From contig NC_081331.1 in assembly GCF_022539665.2 (NCBI RefSeq), forward strand, positions 7,440,001 through 7,504,000: 64,000 nt of DNA. Reading direction: 5' to 3'. Origin of the DNA: Daphnia carinata. Taxonomy: Eukaryota. Made by a program: the position numbers and the translations under genes. Shown here piece by piece: positions 38,951-49,898 of this stretch (its first letter is position 1; each line of letters opens with the position of its first letter). The notes beneath the pieces are model-generated. The model did no database searches and was not told the origin of the DNA. It worked only from the letters and a program-made list of their open reading frames with translations.

Positions 38951-40328
38951 ATGTCGGCACCTGGAAATTACGGAGATAGGCGTAGAAGCGATTGGTTTGA
39001 TCCACGTGCCGTAAATTTTTCGAATAGGGAGCAGGAAAGAGAATTTTTAGAACGCTCTCGTTTTCGTGATCGGCCAAGTTACTACGATTCACGTTATCAA
39101 GAAAGGGAAAGGTCCCCCCCACGTCCAACGCCGAGTGGTTTTTATCGCGATCGTCCCTACCTCGCCCCAATCTACGACCGTTACGATCAAGATTATGGCA
39201 GAGTCAGACCAAATTATGGGTTTGACGTGCGGGATTCTTACACACGTGAGGCTGGTCGAGGGTTTTGGAGTGATACGGCGAATTATAATTCCGCCGTGAC
39301 ATTTTTCGTGCAGAATATAATCGTGTGGAGGACAGGCAATATACGGATGAGGACAGCGAGCGCGAGCCAAGTCGTGAGAGTTTTGACCGTGGTAATAGAC
39401 AGAGAACCGACGAGCAAGAGGAAGACTATGGGCCACCGCAAGAAGAGGATGAGGTGGAAGAAATAGTGATAGACGACCAAGAAGATCAGGATCGTCTGCA
39501 AGGGTTCTTTAAGCGGCCATGGCGCCCAGAAAATCGAAGGCCAGAGAGTTTGGCAGGGCAGCAAGCGGCCAGGTCGCCAGCCGTACCCAGCTCGCCGAGG
39601 CCGGGTTCATCAAAGGCGCGTACCCCAGAGCCCCGTAGTCTAAGGTCGAATGGTAGTAAAGAACCTGTACCGTTGGTAGTACCACAAGAGGTCACCGAAG
39701 CTCTTTCCAGCTGGTTGAAGAAAGGAGTGCCAACTGACGAATCTAAAGCAATTTCAAAGAGGATTCCGCTTGATTTGTGGACAAAGAATTTTCGTTAAGA
39801 CCACCCAAACTCGACGGCTACATGTACAGACGGGCAAAGGATAAAGGGAAGTTAAAGGCAGTCAATGCGGCGGAGGAGTCGCTGGTCACGACGCAACTCA
39901 AGATCATGGATATTGGCCCGCCACTCATAGACCTTTATACCCGCATTCTTTCCCTCAGTGATGGAGAATCGGAAAGAAAAGCCCAGGATTTGGTAAAGGA
40001 CGCACTACAGCAGTGGTCTCGCGCCTATCACCACATTACCCGGCAGAGAAGGCGATCGGTGGTTGCCTTAGTGGAACCCGGTTTCGACTTTCTTGCAGCT
40101 GACCCTGAAGCGTTTGCACCCGGAAAGGAGGCTCGAGAGATCCTTTTTACGGGAAAGTTCCTGGAGTCGATGCTTAAAGAAGCATCGCAGGACGCAACAT
40201 TGGCTAAAACCTCGAAGACCAAGACAAGTTTCAGGTCCAGAGGAAATGGGTCAATGGACCATTCTCAATCAACATCGAAGCACCCTTTCGTTTTGCGCCC
40301 GAGGAAGACGAAGGAGCAGCCACCGTAA
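38951..40328 (+). pseudogene. DIRS gag-like ORF1, broken by two apparent 1-nt deletions
   Basis: ORFs 38897-39466, 39325-39798 and 39777-40328 join by frameshifts near 39288 and 39775. An R/D-rich N-terminus is followed by LRPPKLD...QLKIMDIGPPL...RQRR...LFTGKF. Confidence 0.75.
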
Positions 40329-40436
40329 CGAGTTGGAGGGGAAAGAGGACGACCGACTGGGGCTAGTTCCTGGTTACGGGGAGGCCAAAGGTATGTTTTT
40401 AATCCGCAATGTTCGAAACGCCGGGCGGAAGAGCAA

Positions 40437-42455
40437 GTGGGTGCTAGGTTGATAGCTTTTGCGGATCGTTGGACAGTGGTAACGGACGATCAATGGATCC
40501 TCGATAGTTTAGCGCATGGCGTTAAACTCGATTTCAGCTTTTCACCTATCCAACGCACAATTCCTGTCCCTGTTGTCATGTCCAAAGAGATGGAGGCAGT
40601 GTGTGACAGAGAAGTGAGGGATCTTGTCAGAAAGCGGGCTATTAGAGAAATCACCGACGGGTCGGAAGGGTTCGTTTGTTCTTTATTTGTGATTCCCAAA
40701 AAATCGGGTGGGTTTAGGCCTATCATTAATCTGAAGCCCTTAAATCAATTTATTCGGTACGAACACTTCAAGATGGAAAATCTAGAATGGGCTCGTTTTC
40801 TTTTACGAAAAGGGGATTGGATGGTTAAACTAGATTTAAAAGACGCCTACCTGACGGTGCCGGTTTTTGCTACCCACCAAAAGTTTTTGCGGTTCCAGTG
40901 GAAGGGGCGTTTATTCCAATTTGCATGTCTGGCCTTTGGTCTGGCTTCCGCGCCAAGGATTTTTACAAAAATTCTCAAGGTTGTCATGGGTTTTTTAAGA
41001 AAAAAGGGCATAAGACTGATAATCTATTTGGATGACATCTTTATTTTGAATGTGTCTGGAGAAAGCACATTAGGGGATCTTAACGTGACCATCCGGTTGC
41101 TAAAACATCTGGGTTTTTTAATAAATTGGGAAAAATCCGTGTTGGTCCCTACGCAAGTCCTAGAGTATCTGGGGCTAGTAATCGACTCGGTTCGATTGTC
41201 CTTCGCCTTGCCAAACATCAAAGTAAAAGCAGTTAAGGAGATGTGTGAGGCGGCGCTTGCGGCGGAATCAATTTCTTTGCGAAAGATTGCGTCTATCATG
41301 GGCAATTTTACCTGGGCGATCCCAGCGATTCCATACCCTCAGGCGCATTACCGTAGATTGCAACGGTTCTACATCAAACGAGCGCAATCGGCCAATTTCA
41401 ATTTGAAGACTAGATGTTCACTTTCAGCGGAAGCTCGGGAGGACCTGGAATGGTGGGTGTTTAATCTAAACAAAGCGCCAGATAAAATTTTCTTTCCCCA
41501 CACACCAGATCTCGAGAATTACACAGATGCGTCGCTATCAGGTTGGGGTGCATGCTGTGATGAAATCAGAACGAGAGGATCTTGGACGCTAGCAGATACA
41601 AAAAAGGACATTAACGAGCTCGAACTATTAGGAGCGTTGTTTGCGGTACAGGCGTTCGCTGCTCAGTCTAAGAATATCTCAATTAGGGTATTCTTGGACA
41701 ATTCGACAGCTGTAGCCTATATTAATCATTGCGGGGGTTCTCGATCTCAGGCCCTGACTAGCGTATCTGCCCAGCTTACAACTTGGTGCGAGAACCACGG
41801 CATATCGTTGGAAGCGGTTCACGTAGCGGGCAAATTAAATATCGTTGCGGATGAAGAGTCACGGGCCGGGCCTGACGCCGGGGATTGGAAGTTGGATCCG
41901 CGCGTTTTCAAGTGCATTCAGGAACTATGGCCGTCAGTCGTTGACGTTTTCGCAACACCTTGGAACGCACAGCTTCCATCATTTATTTCATGGCATCCGC
42001 AACCTGGCGCAATGGCAACAAACGCCTTTTCAGTCAATTGGAAAGGGTTGTTGGCTTACTGTTTCCCACCATTCGCCCTAATTTTCAAATGCTTAGAAAA
42101 AATCAGGCGGGAAAAATCTGTAGTGGTTTTTGTTTGTCCAGTTTGGATAGGTCAGCCGTGGTTCCCGTTATTGCTGGAGCTCCCGTGCGACGTCCCACGT
42201 CTTCTTGCGCCGTCTCAGAGCCTTTTGATATCAGCACTGGACGAAAGTCACCCGCTTACCTGGAACAGCGCGCTACACTTGGCCGTCTGGAAGCTGTCAG
42301 GAGACAGTACCTTGACCGAGGATTTTCGACAACGGTGGTCGACTTACTCATGGCCGGAATTAGGCCCAACACCCAAACCGCTTATGAGTCAGCATGGAGA
42401 AATTGGGTGCATTGGTGAATGGGGAGGCGTTCAAATCCCTTCCCAATTGTTATAG
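40437..42455 (+). CDS. DIRS reverse transcriptase - RNase H - DNA adenine methylase-like ORF
   Basis: VGARL; IPKKSGGFRPIINLKPLN; KLDLKDAYL; FGLASAPRIFTK; YLDD; TDASLSGWG; INELEL; DNSTAVAYIN; N..AD..SR; then DVFAT..N / NAFSVNW / YCFPPF methylase-like motifs. The 672-codon frame is uninterrupted. Confidence 0.95.
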   Translation: MGARLIAFADRWTVVTDDQWILDSLAHGVKLDFSFSPIQRTIPVPVVMSKEMEAVCDREVRDLVRKRAIREITDGSEGFVCSLFVIPKKSGGFRPIINLKPLNQFIRYEHFKMENLEWARFLLRKGDWMVKLDLKDAYLTVPVFATHQKFLRFQWKGRLFQFACLAFGLASAPRIFTKILKVVMGFLRKKGIRLIIYLDDIFILNVSGESTLGDLNVTIRLLKHLGFLINWEKSVLVPTQVLEYLGLVIDSVRLSFALPNIKVKAVKEMCEAALAAESISLRKIASIMGNFTWAIPAIPYPQAHYRRLQRFYIKRAQSANFNLKTRCSLSAEAREDLEWWVFNLNKAPDKIFFPHTPDLENYTDASLSGWGACCDEIRTRGSWTLADTKKDINELELLGALFAVQAFAAQSKNISIRVFLDNSTAVAYINHCGGSRSQALTSVSAQLTTWCENHGISLEAVHVAGKLNIVADEESRAGPDAGDWKLDPRVFKCIQELWPSVVDVFATPWNAQLPSFISWHPQPGAMATNAFSVNWKGLLAYCFPPFALIFKCLEKIRREKSVVVFVCPVWIGQPWFPLLLELPCDVPRLLAPSQSLLISALDESHPLTWNSALHLAVWKLSGDSTLTEDFRQRWSTYSWPELGPTPKPLMSQHGEIGCIGEWGGVQIPSQLL

Positions 42456-43261
42456 CGGACATCTTGGAATTTTTAACAAATTTGCATGCGTCGGGTAAAT
42501 CGTATAGTTCTATTAATCTTCATAGGTCGATGTTGTCGAGCACTCTTAAGCCAGCGGAGGGCATGCCCATAGGCGAGCAGCCGGAAGTAGTAAGATTGCT
42601 CAAAGGTTGTTACAATCGAAATCCGCCTCGTCCGAGATACAATGCAACATGGGATCCTAATCAAGTCCTCACCTTTGTTTCTTCGTTAGGAGAAAACGAT
42701 TCGTTGCCGCTATACTTGTTAGCGTACAAAATGGTAACGTTGGTTGCGCTAGCGACGCTCATGCGAGTCTCAGAAATTGCGGCGATTGATAACAGTTCGT
42801 TAGTATTCGGTTCAAATAGCGTAAAATTCGCGTTGGGGGCGCCGAGGAAAGCTCAGAGAAGCGGTCCATTGCAAACATTCTCTTTAACAGCTTGTCCAGA
42901 TCCAAAGGTATGTCCGGTTAGGACGCTGGAGTCATACAAAGAGCGCACCAGTAGTTTTCGAGCGAAACACAACAGTGATAGGCTGGTTATAGCAGTCATT
43001 GCTCCGCACAAACCAGTGTCACCCAACACCGTGAGTCGATGGATAAAATCCGTCCTAAAGGAAGCCGGGATCAATACGAAGGTATTTGGGGCACATTCAA
43101 CTAGAAGCGCGGCCGCTTCTAAGGCGTCAAACAACGGATTGTCAATGGATGCAATTTTAAAAGCGGGAAGCTGGTCGCACGAATCGACGTTTAGAAGATT
43201 TTACGACCGATCGGCGGAGGCAACGGTTGAATCATCAGTCTTCGGACAAACTCACATTTAA
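42235..43261 (+). pseudogene. DIRS tyrosine recombinase with one in-frame TGA (42416-42418)
   Basis: SAM-like N-domain (TQTAYESAWRNWVHW*) is in frame with the 42419-43261 ORF, which carries catalytic R (LMRVSEI), HSTR, GSW and FRRFY. It overlaps the 3' end of the RT ORF. Confidence 0.9.
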
Positions 43262-43279
43262 ACAAATCTACAAAGTCAT

Positions 43280-43401
43280 CCTTAGGGGCTAACGAAATGG
43301 CATTTCGCAGCACAATTGTTAATTACCAGAGGGATCGTGTAACGATCCCGAAAGGTAATTGTAATTGTGCTAGAAATAAATGAAGGGACTACCCTAAGGG
43401 T
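43280..43401. repeat. DIRS internal complementary region (ICR)
   Basis: 43280-43316 is the reverse complement of the left end (38796-38832), and 43312-43401 that of the right end (~43936-44025). They overlap at ACAAT. Confidence 0.92.
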
Positions 43402-43838
43402 CTGTCTCCCACCCAGACCCACCCTGGCTTCATTTATGGAGACTTATTATGTGGTTTGATATCCGTCAGCCTTTTGTATTTTCATTATATTTTGGTTTCT
43501 GATAGAGTAAACCAAGCCAGAAAGCCCAGAGGTTTCAGCGGAGGCAGTGGTCATAACTGGAATCAGTCCAACGAACGTCCAGCAAATCAGCTTCATGGCT
43601 AAGAAAACCCCTGGCGAGATGGCAGCTATAGAAGAACTGCAATTTTTTGTTGTGTCTTTTCTTAACGAGTGGATCTTTGAATGGCACTACTGTTGTTACC
43701 TTTTTTCAAGACCGTTACGGACTGAGTTTTTTTCCCCTGTCAGAATTACGTCAGGTTTTTTCTCTGGTCCATCACTGATTTCATAATCATTGTTTTGTTT
43801 GGTTGTTTATGTTGTTAAAGTTGTTACAAGCCCTGGTG

Positions 43839-43947
43839 AAATAAGTCTGAAGAGAGGGGGCGTATCCAGGCATTAGGAAAGGAATAGATGTTCTTTTGTT
43901 TTTTTGTCTTTAAAGAGCTAGATAAATGGGTCTACACCCTTAGGGTC
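43839..43947. repeat. DIRS right ITR
   Basis: Inverted copy of 38823-38931, followed by a unique right extension to 44025. Confidence 0.92.
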
Positions 43948-44025
43948 GTCTCTTCATTTATTTCTAGCACAATTACAATTACCTTTCGGGATCGTTACAC
44001 GATCCCTCTGGTAATTAACAATTGT

Positions 44026-44430
44026 CGCATAGATGGGCTGGTCAGCTCACGACGCGTAGAAAATCTTGTTTCGACAGCGACGATAAGGTCTGAATATGCC
44101 GTATCGACCACTGCTTCCTCTCGTAGGCGGACGAGCATCGGGTATTGCTGATTAGGAGGCGAATCGTATGCTTTGACCAGTAAATCGCTATTATCCAACT
44201 GTAATGCGTTGATGGCCGCTACACATCTGAGCATCGTTTATTGCGGGAATGTTTGAATATCGTCGTTGGCCGCCTCATCCTCTGTTCTCCGGTGATTTAC
44301 AGGTGCGTGTGATAGCACGTCCAGAATCGCGTGATCGGGCCCTATTTTCCATTCAGTTGTGAAACGTACGTTGTCAATCTCTCGTTTAAGCACTGCAACT
44401 TCTGGTTTCCCAACGAGTCCAACATGTAAC
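44026..44430 (-). pseudogene. Gypsy/Ty3 remnant (right of the DIRS insertion)
   Basis: LVRLREEAVVDTAYSDLIVAVETRF...SPSMRQ continues across the DIRS as YWILRNEFYMDGGLVLCGKR, the typical RNaseH-integrase linker. Most of gag/RT is absent. Confidence 0.75.
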
Positions 44431-47400
44431 TGTCAAGTATTGTGACCAGCTAAGATAATTTGCATTTCCGCATGTCAGTGGTCATTGTAATTATTCGATC
44501 GGAGTGCGCTGGGTCCGCAGTGCATAAAAAGCATTTTTGATTGGTGCCTAATTTATCGTGTTTTCCATTTTTTCTAATTTGGCGCTATTTATGAGTTATT
44601 TTTTTTTTTTTAACATGGCGGCGGGTTTATCGGTTTCGCCATGTATTTTGAAATGAATCATATCGCTTGAAAGTCCTATTCAGATAGCAACCGAACGGCC
44701 ATTTTTCGGACAGGTCGGCGAGGTTTTTCGGGTTTCAAATAATCGGGGCCTCGCCTTTTCCGTTTTTCTAGAAAATACGAAATCGCACAAAAATTTGACA
44801 ATGTTCCCAGTAGAAAAAACTTAATAAATAACTTCACCTGATAATTAATACTGCCACGAGACGTTAATTACTACCTAATAATGCATCAAAATTTGTAATC
44901 TCTTCTGAAAGATATAAGAAGAACCAACTCCAATAACAAGAACCAACGACCAGCAAGCAAAAGAAACCAACTCACAAAAGAGACTGTAATGAAATAGCCT
45001 GTAGAATCCCTTGGTAAACCAGAGCATATTAAAAACATTTTTTTAATTACAAATGATGTAGTGCAATGGTAAGAGAAGAAGCTGCGAATGTAAAATTCCT
45101 AACGCGCTAGTCACAAAACAGGCAAAGGTGTTGGACAGTCTAATGTTTTTCAAAAACAAGAGAAACTAGTAGTAGAAATTATCTAAAAAAAATGCATTTC
45201 TATTTAACTGTTTCAGGTATCCATTACCAAAAATGAAATTTGGTATTTCGTAGCTACCTAACTGGTGGAGTCGAATTTCAGTAATTTCAACTACTTATTA
45301 TTGGCGCAACATTTTTCCAGTGCATCTTTTTTCAACAAGAAGGGTTTCGGAAATAGGTCTATTATTTAAATAATCAGCTGACTTAATCTTTAGTCAGTTA
45401 AGTTTGGATGTGTTTGGTATTATAAATGAGACATTAGGTCTTGAAATCAAACTATCGCATTTCTTGGTTTCGAAACGTTTTCAAAGAATGTCAAGCAACG
45501 TTGTAGTGTGGGTTTATGTTGAATGTTAAGATCATCGCGTAATGAAATTGGATGCGTAGGTAACCAACCAATGTAATCTGGTTTATTGTACATTTAGACT
45601 CAATAGTTTACAACAAATCTAAATCGCCTTATCATTATCATGTTTGTTTTTGTTTATTTTTTTGAAATTGTCAAAGTTGTACACACAAAAAATCACTTTC
45701 TGTCACATAGTGGAGTGCCATCACACGTTTTTTTTCTCTATACCAAGGGAAACATAGGCCTACGTACAGCATGCACAATTGTGTTTGGGGTGACGCACAT
45801 TCTGAGATGTTGCGTTTTTGTCTACAATGTAGATAAATATACACCTTCATAGACAGGCGTATCGACATCGCAGAATATCGCAGAAAAACCATTCAGGAGT
45901 TCGTCGCCACCATCTTGATACATACAGTAGTGTACAGGATAGCACAGTCAGAACAGAATGCTCTCTTCCTTACAAACCGGTAACATTTCCCCATTTTAAA
46001 CAATGTAGAAGATGGGACAAAATTTTGAAAGAAAAAGATGAAATCGCAGCTTCAACACGGGCACTGCACCCCCGTAGTTAACATTGCCAGCCTCTTCTTG
46101 GTCACTGAGATGGCTGAAACTCGACAGTTAACTTGAATTACACTTCACGGTCCTATACGACCAGAGACAAGGCGAAGTGGGCAAATATAACATTATCATA
46201 AAATTACATAACGTGGATCACCTCGAGCAAAGCAGGTTCTTAAGCAGAACAACCCGACAAACAGAAACGGCAAAAAAACATGTAAGACCGAATTGCACGC
46301 ATGTGGTAACAACAAAAATTTACAACAAGAAAAAGAAACGTGGTTAAAACAAATAATGGCAAATGATATCCTTTAAGCACGTGGAAAGGGGCAAGGGAGG
46401 GGTTAACGATTGAACGAATCAAATAAAAATATACATTTGGAGTATCGATTTGCAAAAACAAGAATCATGATACAGGTTATGAAACACAAACGAAATAATA
46501 AACAAATAACAGATTAGAAATCATGTTTAATCCAGGATTTTGAAGTGGTGGTTTTCCAGGCAAAATAAAATTTCCTTTTTGTTTGCGTTGTTTCCCATGT
46601 TTGCCTTTTATTTATTTTTTTTCCCGGTGCTGCCGCGAAAAGAGAACAATTTGAGCAATTCACAAATAACGCAATGGCTTCCGCAGCTGTGCCTTCGAAA
46701 GCAATGCTAAGTCGAAATACTCGATACATGTGCAGTTTATTCCTTTAGCTAATAACGTGTGTGTATAAGTGGGAAAATTATATTTTTGTAACAAATACAT
46801 CGATTTAAAAATGAAAGTTAGAACAACTAGACGAGTAGGTCATAACGGTTCAATCGAGGGTTTATAAGATCGTATGCCATGCGAAAATTTGTATGTATAG
46901 ACATGCAGGAAAGTTTATAGAACGAACCTTTACATTGTACGTTCTTATTTGTTTATGCTCTGGTGTTCTTATATCGTAATTTTTTTCTTTTCTTTTTTTC
47001 AATTTTTAAGTTTTCATGAGGATGAGAGGGGGTGGATGAAAGTAGCCCAATTTGGCAGAATCAGGCAGAAAACACATATTCATTAGAGTACAAGCAGTTT
47101 TTCTGAAAATTATTTTTTTTTTATCGATGAGTCAAACACGAAAGCACGGTGAGAGTTGTAAATTATACTGCACAAGAGGGCAACTCAACTTGGTGATACG
47201 TGGATGAAACCGCGATTGTGTTACTGGTGGATCATTTTTAAAACTACATACTTTCATGAACATAGAGAATAACCGGATTTAATCAACACATGGATATGAA
47301 TGTATGATGCGTGAAGAGAGAAATCCTCGAACAGGAAGTCGCTTCTATGTCAATCTGCTTTTTTGTTTTACTTTTTTATTCTATTTATGAATTGAAGGGG

Positions 47401-47510
47401 GATTTTACTGAAAAATAACGACTAGGTCGACTTTTTTTTTCCCAATCTCTTTTTCGAAGTTTATCTCTTTTTATTTGTTTGTACATTATTGATAAAATGT
47501 GATTGATAGC

Positions 47511-49898
47511 TCAATGAAGCCGAAAGTTGGTACTGCTGCTTTTGCAGTTCCGAATGGCCGACGCTGAGCCAGCTGCCGAAGTGCCCCCACCACCGAGCAT
47601 CATCGTTTTGAGAGACTCCAATTCAGAGGCGAGTCGAGCAATGTGCGAACGAAGTTCGTCGTTGTTCTCGTCCGAAGATTCATTGCCACCGACTAATACC
47701 AATCGTTCATGGACGATACCAGAAGCCGGGTCGTTCTCCTCCTCATCCGCTTCTTGATTGTTCAACACTTGTTGCTGTTGCTGTTGTTGCTGATTGGCTC
47801 GGGCAGCGGCGAAGCGTCTCTGCACCGTCTGCTGATGTTGCATGTGGTGCTCATTTTGATGTTGGTGGTCCACAATTGGAGAATTTGGGCTCATCCTCAT
47901 ACGCTTCGACGCTGGTTGATGTTGTTGATGTGCGTGGTACAAATGGCCAACAACGTTGCCGTTGTTGCTACCGATTGCGCTGACACTGGCATTGCTGCCA
48001 GTGCTGCTGCTACTAAACCGCGACGAACTGCGCGACAACGACCAATCTCCACCTGATGAGATTCCCGAATCGCGGTCATCGCTCGACTCGGTCGAACGCC
48101 GACCGCTACTGTTTAGGTGATGCTGGTGATGTGGATGCTGCAGTTGTTGATGTTGTTGGGCATTCTGATGCGATTGCTGTTGTGGCTGTTGCTGATGATG
48201 GTGGTGGCTGTGGTGGCTGGCATGGTGATGCAGGCCATGGTGATGAACTTGGCTGTGATGGTCGCTCATACTGTTGTTATTCATTTCAGCAGAAACGCTG
48301 TCCACTGCCGAGTCGACCGCCGAAGGGCTGTCCTCGATTCCTTCCGGCTCGTGTTTAATCTCGTTGAGTGTCAGCAGAACGGCGGCAGCCGAAGCGGTGG
48401 CGGCCGCTACGTCCCTTTCACCCAGGTGGGTTTTGTGGCGTAGTTTAAGCGGCAGTAGTCGGCCGGCTGCTACGGCCGGATCAATCGGAGAATGGCTCCC
48501 GTCGTCACCGCTACTTGAGCCCGGGTGGCTGCTAGAGCTGCTCGAGCTACTGCTGCTTGACGATGAACACAGGTCAAAGAAAGCCGCAACTGGTGCTACG
48601 TTGCCATTCGAACCAACCCTATCCGCTCCTGGATGAGCGTGCTGGTGAGCTCCTTCCACTGATGACCCTCCAATCTCCAGCTGGTGATTGGGAGAAATGA
48701 CTGGTACAGGAGTCAGTGCTGGAAGAGGCGGCAGAGACCTCTCCAATACTCTTTGCTGAGTTTTAATTGGTTGAGAATGCTGTGCATGTTGATGCTGTTG
48801 CTGGTGCTGATACGCGTGATTTCCGCCCGTTCCGGCCAATTCTCCGGCAGGTTGATAACGAAAGCCGTGCTGGTGATGCTGCTGATGGTGATGGCCGCTG
48901 GCGTACGAGTGCTGCTGCTGCATAGATGCCGATCCCGAACCCTGCCCTGATCCTACCGCTGCCGGACTAGGAGACCTGTGCGCCCGGTTCATTGACATCA
49001 GAACGGACTGCCTCTGTTGCTGATGTTGATTCGGTTGGTGATGTGGCTGGTGTGAATGCATTTGTGACTGCTGTGACATGGGCGGTGAGATGCTACGATT
49101 GCTTGGCGACGGCGAGACCGATCCGCCACCGCGGCCCAAAGACGGACTCATGCCGGACAGCAGGCGGGAACGGGGTCGCGGCAGACTGAGCACCTGATCG
49201 GGCGACGGCAAAGTGGCCAGCACCTGATCGATCGAGACGAGACCGTCCGGATTGATGCCGTATTTGTCACGAACGGCGGCCAACTGGGCCCGAAGAATGT
49301 GGTTCTCTTTGGTCAACTCGAGAACGCGGCTTTCCAAGACCATGTCGTTGAGTCGGCGTTTCTCGCGAGACCTTTTGGCCGCCTCGTTGTTGCGCCGGCG
49401 CCGGTCCCAGTAGCTGTCGTCTTTCTTGTTGTCCGGAATGAACTCACGCTGCTTCCTCTGCTGGTTGCTGTTGTTATTGTTGTTGTTATTGTTTGGCGAG
49501 TTATGTTGCTGCTGCTCATTGTTGTGCTGCAAGTGATTCATGAGACCTACTGGAACGAGACCGGACAAATCCATACCGACTGACAAATTGGCGGAATTAA
49601 ACCCGTTGACGGCGGCGGCAACGGCGGCTGCGGCTTGAAGAGCCACCGCTCTTTCCTCCATGGCGGCGTTGAGGTGCGAAACGCTATTGGCGTGCTGCTG
49701 GGAGTTTGCAGACGAACCGTTGCGTTGCGGCTCGCCAGACATGGGAATGGAAGCCGAATGCTGTTGAATCACCATAGCGCGTTCCTCGTGAGCGTCTTGA
49801 TGGTGGGATGACGTTTGCTGCAAATAGCGCCCGTTGCGCTGTGCGTGCTGGTGCTGGATCTGCTGAGAATGCTGATGTGAATGACTCTCAGTCACCAT
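47511..49898 (-). CDS. vri: bZIP transcription factor vrille (NFIL3/E4BP4 orthologue)
   Basis: [59 protein letters not shown] bZIP and an LPLKLRHK motif; Q/H/N/S-rich low-complexity regions. It is a single coding exon with an acceptor CAG at 49910-49908. Confidence 0.95.
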   Translation of the reverse strand: MVTESHSHQHSQQIQHQHAQRNGRYLQQTSSHHQDAHEERAMVIQQHSASIPMSGEPQRNGSSANSQQHANSVSHLNAAMEERAVALQAAAAVAAAVNGFNSANLSVGMDLSGLVPVGLMNHLQHNNEQQQHNSPNNNNNNNNSNQQRKQREFIPDNKKDDSYWDRRRRNNEAAKRSREKRRLNDMVLESRVLELTKENHILRAQLAAVRDKYGINPDGLVSIDQVLATLPSPDQVLSLPRPRSRLLSGMSPSLGRGGGSVSPSPSNRSISPPMSQQSQMHSHQPHHQPNQHQQQRQSVLMSMNRAHRSPSPAAVGSGQGSGSASMQQQHSYASGHHHQQHHQHGFRYQPAGELAGTGGNHAYQHQQQHQHAQHSQPIKTQQRVLERSLPPLPALTPVPVISPNHQLEIGGSSVEGAHQHAHPGADRVGSNGNVAPVAAFFDLCSSSSSSSSSSSSSHPGSSSGDDGSHSPIDPAVAAGRLLPLKLRHKTHLGERDVAAATASAAAVLLTLNEIKHEPEGIEDSPSAVDSAVDSVSAEMNNNSMSDHHSQVHHHGLHHHASHHSHHHHQQQPQQQSHQNAQQHQQLQHPHHQHHLNSSGRRSTESSDDRDSGISSGGDWSLSRSSSRFSSSSTGSNASVSAIGSNNGNVVGHLYHAHQQHQPASKRMRMSPNSPIVDHQHQNEHHMQHQQTVQRRFAAARANQQQQQQQQVLNNQEADEEENDPASGIVHERLVLVGGNESSDENNDELRSHIARLASELESLKTMMLGGGGTSAAGSASAIRNCKSSSTNFRLH

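Larger units (their letters stand above)
38796..44025 (+). mobile_element. DIRS1-type tyrosine-recombinase retrotransposon, structurally complete
   Basis: Inverted terminal repeats, left and right extensions, internal complementary region, and gag-like, RT-RNaseH-methylase-like and YR frames are all present. ATTGT occurs at both junctions. Confidence 0.96.

Noticed and set aside
47527..49583. Antisense and alternate-frame ORFs over vrille, INO80 and the DIRS ORFs
   Set aside because: Shadow frames of real coding sequence.
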